This document shows, one piece after another, positions 38,321 through 47,111 of a stretch of DNA of 64,000 bases (positions within the stretch are counted from its first letter, which is position 1; each line of letters begins with the position of its first letter). A program made the translations under genes and the position numbers. The notes under the pieces were generated by a model. It did not search any database, was not told the origin of the DNA, and worked only from the letters and a program-made list of their open reading frames with translations. The stretch is from positions 1,670 to 65,669 of the IMG/VR virus record IMGVR_UViG_3300035670_000189; one strand, 5' to 3'. The stretch comes from a virus. Its lineage: Duplodnaviria; Caudoviricetes.

Positions 38321-41135
38321 CGTCCAAGAATCCAGAGCAGTCGAGAACAAGAACATCAACGGGTGGCAAGTTCATGTGGGTACCCTTGGACAACCGCACC
38401 TTGGCTTTGATCGCTTTGGTACGGCTGGTCTTGAGTCCTTCCACAAACCCAGCGTAGTTGATCTGCTGTTTGCCGCACCATTCCTTGAGGGGCTTGGGAA
38501 GCAGGTACAGCTTCTTGATGTCGAACTCGTAACGAGCCACAAAGTTGTTACCCCGTGGTGAAGCCTCGGGAAGAATCAGATGGTCAAGCCCAACTGGCTG
38601 GCTACGTGCGTCGTCTGTTGACTTGATACGCAGCATGCTGTTGTAGTGCTCGGCCAAGTAATCCGTGAGGATGGCTTCAACGTCGGTGTTCATCTCTTGC
38701 ACGGTGTTCTGTGCACGGCGCATGACCTCGATGACCCACTTCACGATCGGCTCGATCTTCCAGTCGATGAGTCCAGCTTTCTTGGCGATCATCAAACCTG
38801 CGATGTCACGAGACACCAGCACAGACCAGAAACGATTTTCAGCGGTCAACCCGGCTTCGCGGTCGAGCTTTTGCTGGACAGCATTGGCCAGAGTCTTGCA
38901 GGCTTCGAGGTTGTTCATCACGTACTGGATGTACACGATACCCGCGTGCCCGAAGTTCTCCTTGATCTCCAAAGCAAACTGGTCGGTCTCATGCTTGGTG
39001 GCAAACTGCACTCGCTCGACTCGGTGTTCCAGCACCCGCTGGGCCTCGGCCTTGGGGAGTGCCTTGTACAGAGAGATGCGTTCGAGCATTGAGGTGTTAC
39101 CCGTCGTGCCGAACAGAGTCTTCCACGGCTTGCCACGTGCACGCTCGGTGTTGGCCTTCGGCCCCATGCGGTTGCGTTGCAGACCACTGGGCATCTGGTA
39201 CAGCCAGTCTGACAAGTCCTGCGGCTTGGTGTTGGTCATCTCGTCCATGTACACGGCGTAGTTCTTGTAGACCTCCGCACGGTTCATCTTCGAGTTGAAC
39301 GTGTCACGCTCTTGGAGCATCAGCAGATCAGGGTCACCCCAGATCGACGCACCTGCCAGCATACCGGTTGTCTTGCCAAGGCCCGACTCCTTGCTGTACA
39401 TGTGGAACGCGGCGGCGTTGATCGACTGGAACTCCATGAGTTGTGCACCGAACTGCAAGCCCACCATGAATTGATGCGCCTCCATGCCCGGGCGGTTGTA
39501 GAACTCCATGGTCTTCTTCCACCCCTCCATCGTGCCCTTGGGCTGGAAGTAAGGGAACAAGCCGACCGTTGCGCCGGACGGTGCGTTGACCTCGATGCGG
39601 TCTTTGTAGATCAGCATGTTGCCAGCGGCAAAGCATGTGCCAGTATCGTCAAGCCACCCAAACTGTCGCTGAGCTTCTTCGGCTTCAGCTTTGAACTGCA
39701 AGTCGTTTACCCATTTCATTGTGTACTCCATTAGCTCTGTCACATTGAGCACAGCTACGCCGTGCATGGCCAGATATTTTCTGAACTCGTCCTTGGAACC
39801 TACCGCCGCAAGCGGCACTGTGAACTCCCGCACTCCGTCCTTGGGCAGGTGCAGTCGCACCACCAAGGCTTCGCCTAGCTCGGGGTCACGCAACCGACGC
39901 ACGATGTACATGTCGTTGAAGTAGACCAGCACATCTTTGGGGTTGCCTTCCTCGTCCTTGCCGTGCTTGAACACGCCACCGGACTTGCCCCGGAAGTAGG
40001 GGTGTGGGTATTTGGGTATGACGTATTGGAGTGGAACTGCATCGGGAATACCAATGGGCGCTTGCACCACGATGTTGTCGTTGGGGTCAGCCTCCTCAAC
40101 TTCGCGGCCCAGCGATATGGGGGACTTTATCTTGCCCCAGTGCTTGCAGTCAGGGCAGACACCCGGACGGTATTCGTCGAAGCGTGCACACAGGTACGGC
40201 CCTCTGATCAGGCCAGCCTTTGCCTCGGTCGCCTCCGCTGAGTAGTCTGGGTGCTTGTTGGAGATGCGGTGGATGGCCTTGCCACCATCAACGCAGAACT
40301 TCGCAATGGACAATCCCGCACGCCACATGGGCTCGGTCAGGTTCTCTTGGTTCTGCACCACCTCGCCAAGCTGGGCACAGCCTGAGCCGTCCAGTGTCTT
40401 GATCATGATGGTCTTGAACCGGCTGATGTAGCTACCCGAGAGGGCTTGCATCACAGCATCTTGTTCTCGCGGCACGTACTTGGACGATGCGTTGAAAACC
40501 GAATCGGCTTCATCGGCGGTGCCGAGAAGATTCGAGAACGTGACAAACTCGACTGGCTCACCGGGTGAGCCTACGATCTCCACCGCAGTGGCGGGGTCGT
40601 CTTTGTGGTTGTGGGTGCCCGGAACACGCAACACCCGGGCCGCGTCAGCGGTCACCACGGGGTCAGCGTTAAGCCCATGCCGTCGGCACAGTGCCTTCAA
40701 CCGTTCCGCAAAGGGGAGCCATGTTTCACGTGAAACCGGCGCAGTGAGTGGCCAGTACACATGGACGCCCCGGCCCGAGTTGACAAGCGTCGGGCGCGGT
40801 AGGTTGAGTTGTTTACAGAACGCTCTCAGTGCTTTGACTGCACTGGACTGATCTGCGTAATCTTTTGTTGGCCCACAGTCGAGGTCAAGAAAGAAAGCCC
40901 TGAGTTGTTTTACATTGGCCGCATCCCGAGACCCAGCCTCGTTAAACGTGCCCATTGCGAAATACGCATCGTAGCCTTCATCATCCAAATTGTGGGCAGC
41001 ATGGATAACAGCGTCGAGGTCGCCGTAGAACTTCTGCACCTTGCGCTTGTCGGAAATCCGATTCGCCCATACGCAGTAGGTTCCTTCGTCCCCTAACACC
41101 GTCTCCAGAAATGTTTTTGTGTCCATAGCCGCCAT
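38265..41135 (-). CDS. DNA primase-helicase (AEP/RepB-like primase plus DUF927 helicase)
   Basis: FFLDLD, NSGRGVHVYW and ARVLRVPGT primase motifs; CxxC; Walker A SGLGKT; YMDE Walker B. Confidence 0.85.
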   Translation of the reverse strand: MAAMDTKTFLETVLGDEGTYCVWANRISDKRKVQKFYGDLDAVIHAAHNLDDEGYDAYFAMGTFNEAGSRDAANVKQLRAFFLDLDCGPTKDYADQSSAVKALRAFCKQLNLPRPTLVNSGRGVHVYWPLTAPVSRETWLPFAERLKALCRRHGLNADPVVTADAARVLRVPGTHNHKDDPATAVEIVGSPGEPVEFVTFSNLLGTADEADSVFNASSKYVPREQDAVMQALSGSYISRFKTIMIKTLDGSGCAQLGEVVQNQENLTEPMWRAGLSIAKFCVDGGKAIHRISNKHPDYSAEATEAKAGLIRGPYLCARFDEYRPGVCPDCKHWGKIKSPISLGREVEEADPNDNIVVQAPIGIPDAVPLQYVIPKYPHPYFRGKSGGVFKHGKDEEGNPKDVLVYFNDMYIVRRLRDPELGEALVVRLHLPKDGVREFTVPLAAVGSKDEFRKYLAMHGVAVLNVTELMEYTMKWVNDLQFKAEAEEAQRQFGWLDDTGTCFAAGNMLIYKDRIEVNAPSGATVGLFPYFQPKGTMEGWKKTMEFYNRPGMEAHQFMVGLQFGAQLMEFQSINAAAFHMYSKESGLGKTTGMLAGASIWGDPDLLMLQERDTFNSKMNRAEVYKNYAVYMDEMTNTKPQDLSDWLYQMPSGLQRNRMGPKANTERARGKPWKTLFGTTGNTSMLERISLYKALPKAEAQRVLEHRVERVQFATKHETDQFALEIKENFGHAGIVYIQYVMNNLEACKTLANAVQQKLDREAGLTAENRFWSVLVSRDIAGLMIAKKAGLIDWKIEPIVKWVIEVMRRAQNTVQEMNTDVEAILTDYLAEHYNSMLRIKSTDDARSQPVGLDHLILPEASPRGNNFVARYEFDIKKLYLLPKPLKEWCGKQQINYAGFVEGLKTSRTKAIKAKVRLSKGTHMNLPPVDVLVLDCSGFLDDEAEQTMATTAALFQAQN
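40722..40737. promoter_or_regulatory. parS-like site (15/16 match to TGTTTCACGTGAAACA)
   Basis: TGTTTCACGTGAAACC within the primase CDS (encodes VSRET). Confidence 0.5.
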
Positions 41136-41159
41136 TCGTAGGTGTGAGAGGGAAAACTG

Positions 41160-41189
41160 AAAAAGAGGGGTAGGGAGCGACCCTACCCC
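41160..41189 (-). terminator. Rho-independent terminator
   Basis: GGGGTAGGG-AGCGA-CCCTACCCC with an A-tract on the left. Confidence 0.8.
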
Positions 41190-41199
41190 GAACTAACTA

Positions 41200-42135
41200 T
41201 CAGTCGTCCCAATCACCCACGATGTCGGACAGGTCGGCCTTCTCAGCGGGTTCAGCCGCAGGGGTAGCCTTCTTGACGACCTTCTTGGGTTCTTCCACTT
41301 CCTCAGCCTCAGCCTTGGGAGTCTCAACTTTCACAGCGGCAACCTCGGCCTTGGCCGCAGGGGGTGCCACCATCGGTGCAGGTGCACTGACTTCGGTATC
41401 GCTCGTGTCCATCTGGCTCACGGTCATCGTGATGGCCTTCTGGGTATCGGGGTGATCGCGCAGTGCCAAGACCTGACGCAGTTCGCCTTCGGTCAACGCA
41501 CGAATCGGCTTGAACACCAGCTTCATCTGGCCAGCAGAGTCGAACTTCATCTCGGTGACCACGCTGATGACGTGCGTGTTGTGTGCCTTGAGGTAGCGAC
41601 CGTAGGCTTGCAGTGGCATCTTCTGGCCGTCAGCGTCACCGAACACAGAGGTAGCAGGCAGGCTGATCTGGTAGATGTTGTCATCCACACCGTTGTCACC
41701 GGCCAGAGCGACAGCGAGGCGCTGGCTGAAGCGGCATGCACGGCCATCACCTTGGGCGGCAGAGCCCTTGATGTTCTGCTTGCAGTCTTTGCAGAAGTTG
41801 GCTTGGCGTTGGTCAGCAGGCACGGCGGGGTCGGGCGACTGGGTGTCGGCAGACCAGCAGGTCGGCTTCATCTTCTGGCCTTTGACGTAGGTGCCAGCGT
41901 AGTAGGTGCGGCCAACAGCGGCGGCGCTGATGATCACCACTTGCATGGCGCGGTCGTCAGACACACGAACTTCTTTACCGCCAATGATCTCGCGGAACAC
42001 GTTGCCTTCGATGCTGATGCGGCGGTTGACACCACCGGAGCCAGCAATCTTGCTGGTCAGGTCATCTTCGAGCCCTTGCAACAGGGCAAGTGCGGAATTG
42101 GATTGGTTACCAAACAGGGTCATTTCGTTGCTCAT
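41200..42135 (-). CDS. Putative ssDNA-binding/annealing protein
   Basis: 311 aa in the replication module; CWS.D...C..C.QN..GS...ACR motifs and acidic tail ending WDD. Confidence 0.55.
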   Translation of the reverse strand: MSNEMTLFGNQSNSALALLQGLEDDLTSKIAGSGGVNRRISIEGNVFREIIGGKEVRVSDDRAMQVVIISAAAVGRTYYAGTYVKGQKMKPTCWSADTQSPDPAVPADQRQANFCKDCKQNIKGSAAQGDGRACRFSQRLAVALAGDNGVDDNIYQISLPATSVFGDADGQKMPLQAYGRYLKAHNTHVISVVTEMKFDSAGQMKLVFKPIRALTEGELRQVLALRDHPDTQKAITMTVSQMDTSDTEVSAPAPMVAPPAAKAEVAAVKVETPKAEAEEVEEPKKVVKKATPAAEPAEKADLSDIVGDWDD

Positions 42136-42152
42136 TTCGTTTCTCCAGTGGG

Positions 42153-42434
42153 TTAAGCGTCTTCGTCAGGGTTGTTGAAATCCAGTTCAAGCTGGACGGG
42201 GGTATCGTCCTCGGCAGGTGCCTCGGTCGGTGTTTCTTGCACGGGTTCTGGTGCGGCGGCAGGTGCAGTCAAAGCCTCAACCACCTTCGACACGCAGAAT
42301 CGGTAGGTGTTGCCTACCTTGACATACGTGTGCTTGGGGATAAGGTCTTGGCGCACCCATGCACGCACCGTAGAAACCGAGACAGTGAAGTGCTTGGCCA
42401 AGTCTTCGATTGGCACAAAGGGTTCAGTGCTCAT
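42153..42434 (-). CDS. Excisionase/MerR-like HTH DNA-binding protein
   Basis: IEDLAKHFTVSVSTVRAWVRQDLIP....KVG..YRF. Confidence 0.8.
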   Translation of the reverse strand: MSTEPFVPIEDLAKHFTVSVSTVRAWVRQDLIPKHTYVKVGNTYRFCVSKVVEALTAPAAAPEPVQETPTEAPAEDDTPVQLELDFNNPDEDA

Positions 42435-42838
42435 TTTTTCCTCACGGTGATGGTGTATTCGCTGTCCACATTCAGGCCCGGGGGCAGCGTGTCCGGGTGT
42501 TCTTCGAGAAACTGCTTCATGTTGCCTTGGTGTAGGCGCTTCTCAAGCAGTTCGGGTGCGTTGTGTTCAACCACAAAGCGGCCCATCTCCTCCCAGTTGT
42601 TCGTCCAGTAGCGTGTCTTCACACCACGGTAGAACAGACCTTCACCGGTTCGCACCGACTCTACGTTCTGTTCCTTGCAGTATGCCAACAGCGCCGACTT
42701 GACCTTGGCCATCTGGTCGCTCAGTTGCTTCTCCTCCGCCTCGTATGCCGCCTTCATCTCGCTGAGCTTGGCGTTCATCTTGAGGTAGACCTTGACCAGC
42801 TTCTCCACTGGTACATCAGGCTTTGTTTCTTCCGTCAT
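42431..42838 (-). CDS. Hypothetical replication-module protein
   Basis: 135 aa with an N-terminal coiled coil; AAGGAG RBS and its own promoter. Confidence 0.75.
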   Translation of the reverse strand: MTEETKPDVPVEKLVKVYLKMNAKLSEMKAAYEAEEKQLSDQMAKVKSALLAYCKEQNVESVRTGEGLFYRGVKTRYWTNNWEEMGRFVVEHNAPELLEKRLHQGNMKQFLEEHPDTLPPGLNVDSEYTITVRKK

Positions 42839-42867
42839 CTCGTTCTCCTTTGGTTAGTGGGAAATGT

Positions 42868-42896
42868 AGTATAGCGAAGTTTTCTCCTTTATTCAA
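42868..42896 (-). promoter_or_regulatory. Sigma70-type promoter
   Basis: On the - strand, TTGAAT-N17-TATACT. Confidence 0.65.
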
Positions 42897-44427
42897 GCAA
42901 ATCTTTGTAAAGATCAACAACTTTTGAGTGAACGTCGATTTTGTTATCCAATAAGTTGTAAACGTGTCTTTCTACACCAGAGCCCGCAAGCTGAACCACT
43001 GTCGATGGGTGGCGCTGGCCGCTTCGATGCACCCGGGCGTTGGCCTGTGCGTAAATCTCCAGACTGGACGTTGGCCCCCACCAGACCACTGTGTTGGCGG
43101 CTGTCAGGGTCACACCGTGCGCGGCGGCTTGGGGCTGGATGACCAGCACTCTCGGCTCGGGGTCGTTCTGGAACGCACGGAAGATTTCAGCACGCTTGCC
43201 AGCAGAGACATCCCCGCTGATTACCTCGTTGGTGTAGCCGTCCTCGGTCAGCTTCTGGGACAGGATTCCGATCACGTGCTTGAACGGCACAAAGATCAGC
43301 ACCTTCTGGCTGGCCTCGTCGATCACCTCGGTGAGCACGTTGTACCGCTTACTGATGTCGAACTCCAGCGTCTCGCCCGTGTCGGAGTACACCGCACCAC
43401 AGGAAATTTGCAGGAGCTTGGACATGTTGACGGCGGCGTTGACGGCTGTGATCTCCTCGCCAGCGGCTTGGACGGTCATGCGTTTCTTGAGCAGGTCGTA
43501 GTACTTCTGCTGTTGCTTGGTCAATTCGACGTTGCGTTTGACGTAGGTCATTTCGGGCAGGTCAAGGCACTCGTCCTTGGTGAACCGGATGGCCGGTTGC
43601 AGTGCGTTGAACACCGTCTGGGTGGCTGTCTCCTTGGCGACCCATTTGAAGTTGGTCAGCTTGACCATCACCATGTCGCGGAACGACGTGAAGTAACGTG
43701 GCACCCCGCTCGGGTTCACGAGCTTGGCCAGACCGTAGGCATCCAGCGGCGACTGGGCGGCAGGGGTGCCGGTCATCATCCACAGCCATGTCTCGGGCTT
43801 GATCAGGGAGTTGAGGGTCTTCCAGCGTTTCGTCTGGGCGTTCTTGTAGGCGTTGGCTTCGTCCACCACGATCAGATCAAAGCCGCCCCGTGCGATGTCA
43901 TCGGCCACGAGTTCAACCCCGTCGTAGTTGATGATGACAATCTCGGCAGGGCCGTTGATCACGGCGCGGCGTTTCTCCTTGGCACCGTAGGCAATGTCCA
44001 CTTGGCGGTGCATTGCAAACTTGAAGCAGTCCGCACGCCATGCCGAATCCATAATCGACAGGGGGCAGATCACCAGCACGCGGCGCACCTGCTTGGCTTT
44101 CATCAGGTAGTCAGCGGCCCAGATCACCGAGCCAGTCTTGCCAGTGCCCTGCTCATTGAGGCAGAAGGCACGGCGGTTCATGGTCAGAAACCCAGCGGTG
44201 GTGCGCTGGTGGTCAAAGGGTCGGTGCAGTCCCGGCCAGTCGTAGCGGCCAAGGATGGGGGAGGGTACGTTCTTCACCCGCATGTTGCGGAGCACTTGGG
44301 CTTCTTCCAAGCCCCAGTGAACGACGACACGATTCCCCGGCAACTCCTTGCTCTTGGGAATAACGGTCGTAATCTGCTGAGGGTTACGCACCTTCAGCAG
44401 TAATGCTTTGTTCTCGATGATCTCCAT
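42889..44427 (-). CDS. SNF2-family (SF2) helicase
   Basis: EQGTGKT, VVDEA, TGTP and QANARVHRSGQ motifs. Confidence 0.9.
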   Translation of the reverse strand: MEIIENKALLLKVRNPQQITTVIPKSKELPGNRVVVHWGLEEAQVLRNMRVKNVPSPILGRYDWPGLHRPFDHQRTTAGFLTMNRRAFCLNEQGTGKTGSVIWAADYLMKAKQVRRVLVICPLSIMDSAWRADCFKFAMHRQVDIAYGAKEKRRAVINGPAEIVIINYDGVELVADDIARGGFDLIVVDEANAYKNAQTKRWKTLNSLIKPETWLWMMTGTPAAQSPLDAYGLAKLVNPSGVPRYFTSFRDMVMVKLTNFKWVAKETATQTVFNALQPAIRFTKDECLDLPEMTYVKRNVELTKQQQKYYDLLKKRMTVQAAGEEITAVNAAVNMSKLLQISCGAVYSDTGETLEFDISKRYNVLTEVIDEASQKVLIFVPFKHVIGILSQKLTEDGYTNEVISGDVSAGKRAEIFRAFQNDPEPRVLVIQPQAAAHGVTLTAANTVVWWGPTSSLEIYAQANARVHRSGQRHPSTVVQLAGSGVERHVYNLLDNKIDVHSKVVDLYKDLLE

Positions 44428-44520
44428 GTGCTCTCCGCAGACGACATTGCGGAGCGAAGTGGGTCTCCACTCGCTCTCGCCGTCGTCGAATTTTTAATGT
44501 ACCGCTATCAGCGGTGTCGG

Positions 44521-44817
44521 TCAAGAGGGTTTTTTACCACCCGGTTCGCGCACACTATGACCATTGCGTGCACGGTTCTTGGCAGGGGACTGGAGGCGCA
44601 GGCCGGTCTTGTTTGACCCACCCTTTGATAACATCTTCACATGGTCGATGTCCTTACCTTCGCGCTTGTCAGCTTTGCCGTTGCCGTTCTTGTCGGCACC
44701 CGTCTTGTCCATGGCGCGTCGCGCTCGTTGGCGTTCCATGCGATCGGCATGTTCGCCGCGCTCCTTCTGCTTTTGGTACTCGGCCTTGTAAGGCCGTGGT
44801 GATTTGGTGTAGGGCAT
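44521..44817 (-). CDS. Small HNH-like protein
   Basis: DIDHVKMLSKGGSN...L......NR.RN. Confidence 0.6.
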   Translation of the reverse strand: MPYTKSPRPYKAEYQKQKERGEHADRMERQRARRAMDKTGADKNGNGKADKREGKDIDHVKMLSKGGSNKTGLRLQSPAKNRARNGHSVREPGGKKPS

Positions 44818-44825
44818 GACAACTC

Positions 44826-45098
44826 CTAGTAGGTGCGTTGCAGAGATTCACCAATTTTAGACCGGATGGTGTGCATCAGGGAACCATCTGACATGATGGC
44901 TTCGATCAGCAGGGAACGCATCAGACTTTGAATTTGCCCAAGGTTCTGGGCGTCATAAGCCTGCTCAATCTCCTTCTCGCGCCAGTGGCCAGCGGTAGGG
45001 GTAAGCATCCGGTGCAGTGCCAGTGCAATCCGTTTGTCCACCTCGATGTGCATCATCAGGTTCAGGGTGGCGTGGTCTTGTGTAACTTCTTCCATCAC
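44826..45098 (-). CDS. Hypothetical protein
   Basis: 90 aa, coupled to its neighbours. Confidence 0.6.
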   Translation of the reverse strand: MMEEVTQDHATLNLMMHIEVDKRIALALHRMLTPTAGHWREKEIEQAYDAQNLGQIQSLMRSLLIEAIMSDGSLMHTIRSKIGESLQRTY

Positions 45099-45772
45099 GA
45101 TCTCCCGTTATGTGGGCACGACAGCACCACGCAGTGTTTCTTGCAGAGCCCCGATGTCTTGGGGTTCCAGACGTTGTTCTCGTAGGCACGCTTCATCTTG
45201 CCGTAGTCGGCCAGCCACTTGCCCCACATGATTGATTCCTGCTGGCGGTCATAGGTCGCCTTGGGGAACGCACGTGCGATGACAAACAACAGCCCAGCCT
45301 TGACGCGCTTGACCTCGGGGAAGTGCTTGAACACAGCCAGCGCCATCAACTCAAGCTGTCCGGTGTCGGCATACTTGGCGCTCTTTCCGGTCTTGTAGTC
45401 CACGACTCGGGCGGTGCCGTCATCCTCGATGATGATCAAGTCAGCGATACCACGCCACCACACGTTCGGGTCTTTGAATCCGCACGGCTCAAGGTTGGCT
45501 GTCAGGCCCATCTCGTACTCGCACAGCTTTTGGCCCGGCCTGTGCTTGAGGTTGTCCAGTGCGCTCTTGGCAAAGTGGAACTCGGGCGGCAGGGGTGTGT
45601 CGTCGCGGATGTAGAACTCAGCGGCCTCGTGGAACTTGGTGCCGTAGGTCAGGTGCTCAACGTTCTGATCTTCCTGAAAGTCCTTGGCCACCTTGAGGTG
45701 GTAGTACTTCTTCGGGCACTGCTCGAACGTCTTGATGGACGAGAACGACCATGCGGGGATTTTGACTGTCAT
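45095..45772 (-). CDS. PD-(D/E)XK (Cas4/RecB-like) exonuclease
   Basis: WSFSSI..FEQCP, G..FH, RGIADL...VVDYKTG, QL, and C-terminal C..C...C. Confidence 0.85.
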   Translation of the reverse strand: MTVKIPAWSFSSIKTFEQCPKKYYHLKVAKDFQEDQNVEHLTYGTKFHEAAEFYIRDDTPLPPEFHFAKSALDNLKHRPGQKLCEYEMGLTANLEPCGFKDPNVWWRGIADLIIIEDDGTARVVDYKTGKSAKYADTGQLELMALAVFKHFPEVKRVKAGLLFVIARAFPKATYDRQQESIMWGKWLADYGKMKRAYENNVWNPKTSGLCKKHCVVLSCPHNGRS

Positions 45773-46341
45773 GGGGTACTTCCTTCAGGTGCGAGTGCAC
45801 TCAACAGGCTACCGGCAAGGGCTTCCTTCGTAGCCGACATGGACTTGGCGAGGTTGGTTGCGTACTGCCCAGCGATAGACTGCGACCCGTCGTACTCCTT
45901 CTTCCGAGCTTGCACTCGGTGCATGCAGGTGAGGATCGCAACCTTCTCCTCCTCGGAGTACAACTCCCCGGAGCTTTCCTCCAGCAGGTCGTCCATGACT
46001 TGTTGCAGTACCTCGCGCTTGTCCTTGTCACGCAGGTCGTTCCATTGGTTGCGGCACCACTCGGTGAACACCTTACCGGCTTCGTTGGCGTTGCCCTCGA
46101 ACTCCATGGTGCCCTTGCTGAAGTCAAACCGACCCACCTCTTTACCTCCGGGGCCGTGGAAGACGATGGTGTTGTTTGGTGCAGTGTTAGAAATCTGGAG
46201 CCCAGATGTGTTTGTCGCCGCGTACGTGTACGTGTTGGCATCGTATGAGGAGCCGACAACCCCCGTGTTGGCCACCGCACCGGGAATCACGGTGCCAACT
46301 TCTTGCGCGTTGAATCCGTAAGCTGTGTTCTCGTAGTTCAT
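45769..46341 (-). CDS. Hypothetical protein
   Basis: ATGA-coupled ORF; shares a Y(S/T)EEE(K/R)xAILT motif with the adjacent gene. Confidence 0.65.
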   Translation of the reverse strand: MNYENTAYGFNAQEVGTVIPGAVANTGVVGSSYDANTYTYAATNTSGLQISNTAPNNTIVFHGPGGKEVGRFDFSKGTMEFEGNANEAGKVFTEWCRNQWNDLRDKDKREVLQQVMDDLLEESSGELYSEEEKVAILTCMHRVQARKKEYDGSQSIAGQYATNLAKSMSATKEALAGSLLSALAPEGSTP

Positions 46342-46805
46342 TTCATCCACTCCTTTGGGTTAACAATGTTGCTCCAGCGCACCTCCTGCGCCGCTTCGTC
46401 GAACGTGATGTGTGTGGCGGTGAGGCCGCGAATTGCGGCCTGCTCAAACTCCATAGCCTTCGCGTCCATCATGGATCGGTACAGTGCGGACTGATACTGC
46501 TTATGCTGAATCTGCCGCTTCTCGGCTTCCATCGCGTCACGTGCAGTCACACGTTCCTTGCGCATCTCCTTCAGCCGCTCCGTGGCGGTCAGGATGGCGA
46601 TGCGTTCTTCCTCGGTGTAGGTCGGCACGTTGGCTTCTTCCATGCACTCGACGATGCACCGCTCAAGGATGCGTGCCTCGACCTCAGCAGTCACGGTGCG
46701 AAGGCGAACCGCCACGTCGTAGTGGCTCTCCTCGCGCTCCTTCATCAGTTGCTTGCGCAGACTTTCAATCTCGCGGTGCAGGTGGTTGGTGTTGTGGTTT
46801 GCCAT
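46338..46805 (-). CDS. Hypothetical protein
   Basis: Coiled-coil-rich coupled ORF. Confidence 0.65.
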   Translation of the reverse strand: MANHNTNHLHREIESLRKQLMKEREESHYDVAVRLRTVTAEVEARILERCIVECMEEANVPTYTEEERIAILTATERLKEMRKERVTARDAMEAEKRQIQHKQYQSALYRSMMDAKAMEFEQAAIRGLTATHITFDEAAQEVRWSNIVNPKEWMK

Positions 46806-47110
46806 CACTTCTTCTCCGGCGCGGCCTTGATGATGGCGTTCAGGTACTTGGCGTCACGGTTGTAGCTGTACGTATCGCCCTCACCGCCCCACGCCTTCGC
46901 GGCACTGCGCCCGAACTTCCCCCACTCGTCGGAAGATGCGATCGTCTTGGCGATGATTTGCACCACGGCGTAAATTGCGCCGCCAATAACCAGCCCGTTG
47001 AGCAGTGCGAACCCATACTTTGCGGCGAAGTACCAGATCGCCACGGCCTTGGCATCACCCGACACAGCGGCAACAGTTTCCAGAACAAGTTTCAATTCAT
47101 TGATGTCCAT
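46805..47110 (-). CDS. Hypothetical membrane protein
   Basis: Central hydrophobic segment. Confidence 0.65.
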   Translation of the reverse strand: MDINELKLVLETVAAVSGDAKAVAIWYFAAKYGFALLNGLVIGGAIYAVVQIIAKTIASSDEWGKFGRSAAKAWGGEGDTYSYNRDAKYLNAIIKAAPEKK

Positions 47111-47111
47111 A

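Noticed and set aside
42153-42434. Evidence of lysogeny from the excisionase-like HTH
   Set aside because: No integrase, att site or CI/Cro switch was seen. Such HTH genes are common in replication modules.
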